Position numbers and translations under genes: made by a program
Shown here: positions 58,137 through 64,000 of the stretch, in pieces
Layout of the letters: each line of letters starts with the position of its first letter
How positions within the stretch are numbered: the stretch's first letter is position 1
Source of the DNA: an uncultured Pseudomonadales bacterium
GTDB lineage: Bacteria > Patescibacteriota > Microgenomatia > UBA1400 > Chazhemtobacteraceae
Assembly: GCA_964618725.1 (NCBI GenBank)
Contig: CAZUBK010000003.1
Span: 81,018-145,017, forward strand
DNA: 64,000 nt
Direction: 5' to 3'
Notes under the pieces: model-generated
What the model was told of the DNA's origin: nothing
Seen by the model: the letters and a program-made list of their open reading frames with translations, nothing else
The model's database searches: none

Positions 58137-58967
58137 TTACTTCCCCTTCCCAACTCCATTCTTTTTCCCCACCATTCTTGGTGCCACCACCAAAACCCCT
58201 ATCCCCACCACTGCCACTACAACCCCAACCATCAACCCTAGATTCATAAACTCACTTACCAACTCGGGTATCAATTTAGCTACTAAAGGCTGCGTTGCTA
58301 CTGCTTGCGACAAAACTATTCTCAACCCATTGCTCGCTCCCAAGGCGATAACCACTGCCAACAAACCGGAGACAGTCAAAAGAGTCCCCGTCCCCTTCAT
58401 TTTCCCCATCTGAGTTGATCCCATTGCATAGTGTCCAATACCCAAAAGAATTAGCAACACCACCAGCCCTCCCCAAACTAGGCCAAACACTCTCCACCAA
58501 CCGGGGATCTGATTGATTTGTTCCAACACCGTCTCAACTTGTTCTGTCGGCATTGATGCCCTCAATAGTACCTCCACCTTCACTTCCCCTTTGAGTTGCG
58601 AGAAAGGCGGCCTACTCAACAATGACGCTGGCAAACCTAGCTTGTCTAAAGGCAAGAACAATACCAATTCTTTCTCTCCCCCCTTGATGAAACCCAAAAA
58701 TCTCTCAAGATTTATCTCGATTATTTTCTGTATCTCCTCTGCCGTCAACACTTTATCCAAACCCTTCACTGCTTTCTTGTCCATCGTCAACCCCGCCATC
58801 ATCTCCCCTGCTCCGCTCTGCAACTCCTCATATACTCCCGATTTCTCCAAAACCCCACTCCAGAAAACCGTTTCCGATACCCTGAATTTAACTGCACTCA
58901 ATGCCAGAAAGACAAGAAACACCCCTACAAAAATCCCTCCCACAACCAATCTAAAAAAACGCTTCAT
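58137..58967 (-). CDS. Hypothetical multi-pass membrane protein
   Basis: 276 aa, one N-terminal and three C-terminal TM helices. Confidence 0.75.
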   Translation of the reverse strand: MKRFFRLVVGGIFVGVFLVFLALSAVKFRVSETVFWSGVLEKSGVYEELQSGAGEMMAGLTMDKKAVKGLDKVLTAEEIQKIIEINLERFLGFIKGGEKELVLFLPLDKLGLPASLLSRPPFSQLKGEVKVEVLLRASMPTEQVETVLEQINQIPGWWRVFGLVWGGLVVLLILLGIGHYAMGSTQMGKMKGTGTLLTVSGLLAVVIALGASNGLRIVLSQAVATQPLVAKLIPELVSEFMNLGLMVGVVVAVVGIGVLVVAPRMVGKKNGVGKGK

Positions 58968-58988
58968 TTTTCAAGTAATGATTACTAT

Positions 58989-59675
58989 TTACGAGTTTGT
59001 CTCGGTTTCTCCTTCATCCTTTAGTCTAATAGACTCAAGCGAATCCTTCAGAACCTGGGAATATTTATCCCATGACTCGCTTGGAGCAGATGCCGTCGCC
59101 ACTAGGTAATAGGCATCATTTAGATAATAGACATATTGGATTTGGTGAACTACCAACCCGTCTGGACGAGTATTCAGCATTTCCAAGACAACCACATCCA
59201 CCCCGTTTACTTTCTTAGAATAACTACTCACTTCTTCCATGCTGGGACTACCCGCTAACGTTTCTTTTGTCCAACCTGCTTCATAATCAGCAAAAGAAGT
59301 TATTCCCACTGGATGTTTTGCCGCCGAAGAGTTCAGGTTAACCGTAAACGTTCCCCCGCCCGGCAACTTCTCCGAAATCTGCGATCCCGCCACAAAGTCA
59401 ACCTGTTCATTGGACCCAATTGACCAGCCAATCGGTAGTTTAATCCCCACCGTCAACGCTCCCTCTGCCGCCTTAAAAGTGGTTTCTTTGGTCATTAGCT
59501 GTTGACTTTGAGCCACTCCCTTCGATTGAGTAGGGGTTTCCCCTTCCGCCGATCCCCCTCTTGTCTTAGTTACACTAAAGTTCATCTTCAAAGCACCTGT
59601 CACCGCCAGAATCACAATAATTAACACCACCACCACCAAACCAATCAGAAACTTGTTTTTGAGCAGGTTTTTCAT
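58989..59675 (-). CDS. Membrane-anchored PsbP/DcrB-like exported protein
   Basis: TM anchor; IKLPIGW..VNG..QYVY..ATASAP..W..Y...SLESIRL; probable start MKNLLK. Confidence 0.65.
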   Translation of the reverse strand: MKNLLKNKFLIGLVVVVLIIVILAVTGALKMNFSVTKTRGGSAEGETPTQSKGVAQSQQLMTKETTFKAAEGALTVGIKLPIGWSIGSNEQVDFVAGSQISEKLPGGGTFTVNLNSSAAKHPVGITSFADYEAGWTKETLAGSPSMEEVSSYSKKVNGVDVVVLEMLNTRPDGLVVHQIQYVYYLNDAYYLVATASAPSESWDKYSQVLKDSLESIRLKDEGETETNS

Positions 59676-59676
59676 T

Positions 59677-59991
59677 TTATTCAACAGATTTATTAATACC
59701 TCCAACATTTAATAGAGTTTGAGATAGAAGCACACCCATCGTCACCAACACCACACCCACCGACATCGCCATGAGACCAGAGTAATTAGCACTCGTCGCC
59801 ACCCCCGCCACCTGGCCCAAATTCAATGCATCCATCCCTATTGCCAAACCATTAGTGCTTAACTCCCCCCCCGCTCCAAGCACAAGGGGGCTAGGACTTA
59901 ACTCGAAGTTAGCTCCCAGCACCAAAGCACTCAGTTTCCCCAAAAAAACATTTATCCCCAGCTCAATCGACAAAGCCGCCAGTTGCGTCAT
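59677..59991 (-). CDS. Small hydrophobic hypothetical protein
   Basis: 104 aa; GAGGTGA upstream; C-terminal TM. Confidence 0.5.
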   Translation of the reverse strand: MTQLAALSIELGINVFLGKLSALVLGANFELSPSPLVLGAGGELSTNGLAIGMDALNLGQVAGVATSANYSGLMAMSVGVVLVTMGVLLSQTLLNVGGINKSVE

Positions 59992-60069
59992 TACCTATAT
60001 TTTCATCACCTCGCTCCTCACTGTCAATAGTTAGTTGCAATCATCCTTTCAATAACCAATACTCAATCT

Positions 60070-61125
60070 ATGCACAAAATCAAACTCCCTCTTCTTGTGT
60101 TCACCAACCTCCTCTTTTTCTATTCTGCCGCCACCAACGTACATGCCGTAAACCTCACCGGTGAATGGTTGACCTCATCAGGCCTGCAATTGGAGGCCGA
60201 ACAAACCGGTAACACTTTTTCACTCATCGTCATTGATCCCGACGTACCAGAGAAATATCAGGGTATCGCCGAATTAAAGGGGGTCATTAACGGCAATACT
60301 TTTACCGGCCAAAGTTTTATCGTTGCGCAGGGGTGCCCCAATCTCGATGGTTACAAACCCGCCAGCGGTACCATAACCAACACTAGGATTGAAGCCACAA
60401 CCGTCCTCTCAACATTCGATCTTGAGACTTGTACGAGAGACCCTGGTACCGAAGTTGAAACTACCGGCATTTATACCAAGGTCCTTTCTCCCGAGGAAAA
60501 AGCCCTTCTAGACTATCAGGATCGACTCAAAGACGACTTCGCCAACCGTTCCGGACCAATTATCGACTCCTCCACCACTACTATTATCAGCACCTCCCCC
60601 GTTGTTCAAAGCAGTGAAAAATACCCTGTTAACGTGGGTGCCGACACCAGACCCAATCCTTCCACTTATATTGACTATCTCGATCAACTGCCCAACATTT
60701 CAGTTCCTGACTTTGGTCAAGAAGTTGCCCGCATCAGCAACTTCGCAGGCAACCTTACCCTCCATCAATCATACAAAGGACAAGCCCGTGATCAGACACC
60801 CTATAAAACCGGCACCAGCATTCACCACAACACTCTTTATGCCAACGATACCTTTAGTTTCAAAGGTGACGGCTTTATCCAATATCATGGTATCGACGGC
60901 TCAACCAAACAGTTCATGACTGCCGGCTACGCCAAGGAACATGGGTTTGGCGACCAAATCAAACCCGGCCAAGCGGGCCTCGAAATTGTTCTCAAATCGG
61001 CTGATACCTTGCCTATTCCGGTCCCTCCCCCCGGACCAATTAGGCAATTTTTTAACTGGCTCGGCGAGTTACTTACCCCCGAACCGCAACCCACTCCTTA
61101 CGGGATTGTCGGCGTCAAAGGCTAA
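60070..61125 (+). CDS. Secreted hypothetical protein
   Basis: Signal peptide ending VHA; beta-rich N-domain with a Cys pair. Confidence 0.75.
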   Translation: MHKIKLPLLVFTNLLFFYSAATNVHAVNLTGEWLTSSGLQLEAEQTGNTFSLIVIDPDVPEKYQGIAELKGVINGNTFTGQSFIVAQGCPNLDGYKPASGTITNTRIEATTVLSTFDLETCTRDPGTEVETTGIYTKVLSPEEKALLDYQDRLKDDFANRSGPIIDSSTTTIISTSPVVQSSEKYPVNVGADTRPNPSTYIDYLDQLPNISVPDFGQEVARISNFAGNLTLHQSYKGQARDQTPYKTGTSIHHNTLYANDTFSFKGDGFIQYHGIDGSTKQFMTAGYAKEHGFGDQIKPGQAGLEIVLKSADTLPIPVPPPGPIRQFFNWLGELLTPEPQPTPYGIVGVKG

Positions 61126-61128
61126 CAT

Positions 61129-61869
61129 ATGAAATTCACAGAAAAACTTCTCCAAATTAAAGACCAAGTCTCTCACCATCCAATCACCCTTCGGTTAGTA
61201 AAACGCCGTCGCCCTCTCCTCATCTTTCTTAGTATTGTCCTGCTCACCATCCTCGCTCTAACTCTTTTTTTGACACTAAAATCAACAAATGTTTCTCCCT
61301 ACACCGCTACTTATCAAATTGAAACTCAAATCACATTCGGCGATGTCTACAACCAACAAACAGAAAAAGTAATCGTCAACCACTTAAATGGCCTCTATAA
61401 ATCACAGCGGTTTGTCAATGATATTGTCCTTTTAGAAAGTATGCATAATACTCCTGAGGGTTTTGTCCGCTGCTCCCTCAACGAAGATGAGGTCTTTGAT
61501 TGTCAGCGGTTAGGCGAAGCTTTAACCAAAAACATCGGCCGTCCTCCTAAGGTCAAGGGCTTGCAAAAAAGCTCCCCCACCTCCCAAAAAATTAACCTTG
61601 CCGGCCAAGACCGTCCCTGCCAAGAAACTACCTACACCCTCCCCTCAGCACCCGACCCCAACGATCCAGTTCAAGGCCTTACCGCTACCGTCTGTATTGA
61701 CGAACAACTCCACATTCCCCTAACCGCCAGCTTCACTATTCACTACAAAGTGAATGACATCACACAGATCAAAGACCTCACCGTCGAGCAAACTCGAACT
61801 ATCACCGAACTTAATACCACTCCCAACCTCTCAATTTCCGATTTTGCTGCCCCCACCACCACCAACTAA
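61129..61869 (+). CDS. Membrane-anchored hypothetical protein
   Basis: One TM helix, four Cys, C-terminal SDFAAP; 3 nt after the previous gene. Confidence 0.72.
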   Translation: MKFTEKLLQIKDQVSHHPITLRLVKRRRPLLIFLSIVLLTILALTLFLTLKSTNVSPYTATYQIETQITFGDVYNQQTEKVIVNHLNGLYKSQRFVNDIVLLESMHNTPEGFVRCSLNEDEVFDCQRLGEALTKNIGRPPKVKGLQKSSPTSQKINLAGQDRPCQETTYTLPSAPDPNDPVQGLTATVCIDEQLHIPLTASFTIHYKVNDITQIKDLTVEQTRTITELNTTPNLSISDFAAPTTTN

Positions 61870-61919
61870 AGCAGCTCATTCAGTTGACAACTCTTTATTC
61901 AAACGCCGATACTACTAAT

Positions 61920-62816
61920 ATGTCCAAAGCTCATCCCAAGAATCTCATCTTCGTCCCTCTTATTGCCGCCTTCAGCATCTTTAATATGCCCAGTATCACT
62001 CTGCAACTGCCACGTATCGAATTCAAAATGCCCGATACTACTTCAAGAATGCCTAGATTTGAGATTACCATGCCTGACACAACCCCGAGAATGCCAGATA
62101 CCACCCCCCGAATGCCTGATACAACTCCCGTTATGCCCGACACAACTCCGAGAATGCCCGGACTACTCAACTATTTTTACAATTTCTATACCGGCATACG
62201 CAAATTCCTTGCTCCTCCTACTCCCTCCAATATCCCCATGCCCCTTGGTCAATGGCAGCAAGACGCCCCCACCCCAACCCCGACTCCCATCTACAAAACT
62301 CCCGCCGGCACTCTTCAAATTGGCACCTATAAGTCTCCCGCTCCCTCAGTCACCCTCACACCCAACCAACCAGTTCTTTCTTCTTTCTCTATCAATGCTC
62401 CCTCCGGTTGGTATCGTAGTAATGGTTCCGGCACTCTCCTTGTTCGTTTCGATTCACCCAAAGTCGATATTCAAAAAATCGAAGACGGCAGTCTAACCAC
62501 CAATGCTTTCATTATCGTCCGCGCCACTGACGCTTACTCAAGCCTCGATGATTTTGTCACTCAATACAAGTCATCTAACTCTGCTGCTACTCTGCTTAGT
62601 TCTTCCAATACCACCGTTAACGGCCAGACCGCCTCTTCCCTCGAATTCACCTATACCACTACTATCGAGACAAAGAAGCTTCTTACTCACGAAATGGACC
62701 TTCTTCTCTTCAAAAATGGCTATAGTTTCCTCATAAAAGGGACCTCCGCCGACTCCGCCTGGAATGAAAACAGCAGTGACCTTCGCTCTGCTCTTTATTC
62801 TTTCAAATTTAACTAA
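61920..62816 (+). CDS. Exported PsbP-like protein with MPDTTPR repeats
   Basis: ATG 61920 after TTGACA-18-GATACT; FSINAPSGW..TVNGQTA..YSFKF. Confidence 0.72.
   Translation: MSKAHPKNLIFVPLIAAFSIFNMPSITLQLPRIEFKMPDTTSRMPRFEITMPDTTPRMPDTTPRMPDTTPVMPDTTPRMPGLLNYFYNFYTGIRKFLAPPTPSNIPMPLGQWQQDAPTPTPTPIYKTPAGTLQIGTYKSPAPSVTLTPNQPVLSSFSINAPSGWYRSNGSGTLLVRFDSPKVDIQKIEDGSLTTNAFIIVRATDAYSSLDDFVTQYKSSNSAATLLSSSNTTVNGQTASSLEFTYTTTIETKKLLTHEMDLLLFKNGYSFLIKGTSADSAWNENSSDLRSALYSFKFN
62028..62159 (+). repeat. Degenerate 21-bp coding repeat (MPDTTPR)
   Basis: Units at 62028, 62070, 62091, 62112, 62133; peptide conserved, third codon positions diverged. Confidence 0.85.
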
Positions 62817-62824
62817 ACAAGCCT

Positions 62825-63685
62825 TTATTCGTTTTCAAATTCCTTGGTCACTTTTAGAGTTTCTTTGTTCACCCTATACCAATTAAACGTCGCTGTGTGC
62901 GACGAACCATCTCTCTCCACTATAATTTCGTATACCTGAACCAACCACACATCTCCCCCATCTTCCAACCCAAAAGTTACCTCTTTGCCCTCAGCAGATA
63001 ATCGTTTCGTGTATTTCTTCACCTCTTTCTCCGCTTTAACAGTGTCAAAAGCCTCGCGTCTACCCGCCACCGGATCAAATGATCCCATTATTTTATTTAT
63101 CATCTCCTGATATTCCTTTATCACATCTTCATGGATCGCTCCCTTGATGTTTACCCAAGTCTCGTCCCCCAAAGGTACTCCATATTCTTGAAAAACATAG
63201 AACTTCCCCTTATCTTCCATTGCTCCCCGGGCCAAATATCCACTCACCGTCGCCGGTGTCCCATCGTTCTCGAATCGCGACTCAAATGAACTCAAGACAT
63301 ATGCCTTGTCCTTTCTGTAACCTTCTTTAATATCTGCCACCACCTGTTCCTCTCCACCTTCTTCTAAAAGTCGAGGCTCAACCAGGAATTGTATTGCCAC
63401 AAACGTTTTTCCGTCCGAACTCTTAGCAATATCTGCCGGCTGCTCTTTTTGTGAATCATCCATTACCCAACCAGATGGCATTTTGATTACATATCCAAAC
63501 TTAACACTTCTGAATATCTGCCATCCCCGATACGGATCTCTGAACCACCGTCCCCCTAAGACTATCCCCACCACTAAACCAATCGATACTACTAACATTA
63601 ATCCCATCAACCATAATCGCCTTGGTCTTTTATCTTGTCTCACCTCTTTACCATAACATTTCTCTAAACCCCACTTAATCGACAA
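62825..63685 (-). CDS. Membrane-anchored PsbP-like exported protein
   Basis: TM anchor; W..F....[11 protein letters not shown]; KIMGSF; extra C-terminal HTATFNWY domain. Confidence 0.7.
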   Translation of the reverse strand: MSIKWGLEKCYGKEVRQDKRPRRLWLMGLMLVVSIGLVVGIVLGGRWFRDPYRGWQIFRSVKFGYVIKMPSGWVMDDSQKEQPADIAKSSDGKTFVAIQFLVEPRLLEEGGEEQVVADIKEGYRKDKAYVLSSFESRFENDGTPATVSGYLARGAMEDKGKFYVFQEYGVPLGDETWVNIKGAIHEDVIKEYQEMINKIMGSFDPVAGRREAFDTVKAEKEVKKYTKRLSAEGKEVTFGLEDGGDVWLVQVYEIIVERDGSSHTATFNWYRVNKETLKVTKEFENE

Positions 63686-64000
63686 ATGTCAAAGCCGTTC
63701 CCTTTTTATCTGCTCGCCCAGTTCTCCCGATTCGGTGAACATAGTCTTCATAAGACTCTGGTACATCAAAGTTGATTACGTGAGTCACATTCTGGATATC
63801 AATTCCTCGACTGGCCACATCGGTCGCTAAAAGAATCTTCACTTCGCTCGCCTTCAGCTGTTGAAGCGCACGTTGCCTTTGCCCCTGGCTCTTGTTGCCA
63901 TGGATTGACGCCACCTTGAAACCCCGCTTCATTAAGGCTATCTCCAGCTTGTCTACTCCCCATTTAGTTCGTCCGAATATTAGTACCCGATCAAATCCCT
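63675..64000 (-). CDS. DEAD-box RNA helicase, C-terminal part (start outside the window)
   Basis: [32 protein letters not shown]. Confidence 0.93.
   Translation of the reverse strand, partial: GFDRVLIFGRTKWGVDKLEIALMKRGFKVASIHGNKSQGQRQRALQQLKASEVKILLATDVASRGIDIQNVTHVINFDVPESYEDYVHRIGRTGRADKKGTALTFVD

Noticed and set aside
1-64000. Second DGR target, tRNA, rRNA, transposase or prophage genes
   Set aside because: None recognised by eye; a BLASTN with TR and tRNAscan-SE would be needed to exclude them formally

Overview
64 kb of a small-genome bacterium. Gene content and style (split transketolase, minimal SUF operon, standard genetic code, strong purine/pyrimidine strand skew, apparently leaderless genes) suggest a CPR/Patescibacteria lineage, probably Microgenomates; this is inference. 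The window holds cell-wall genes, a sugar-phosphate/fermentation cluster, a SUF Fe-S cluster interleaved with orphan genes, a 1794-aa surface protein, VKOR-DsbA, a yeaG(prkA)-yeaH-spoVR operon converging on a glyoxylate-shunt pair (aceB-aceA), and several exported proteins. The main discovery is a complete diversity-generating retroelement (DGR) at about 43669-46410. Its 108-bp TR and VR differ at 13 positions, all template adenines. Its avd gene lies antisense, between TR and RT. Its reverse transcriptase is frameshifted exactly at a perfect (AG)12 microsatellite, where gaining one unit or losing two restores a full-length RT, making it a candidate phase-variable ON/OFF switch for hypermutation. 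Also notable are small structured elements: a 169-bp insert with a synonymously recoded duplicate of the sufU 5' end, a ~172-bp rod-like element partly repeated upstream of ung, and two in-frame 22-bp hairpins inside genes. No tRNA, rRNA or CRISPR array was seen. Product calls rest on motif recognition by eye, not database searches.
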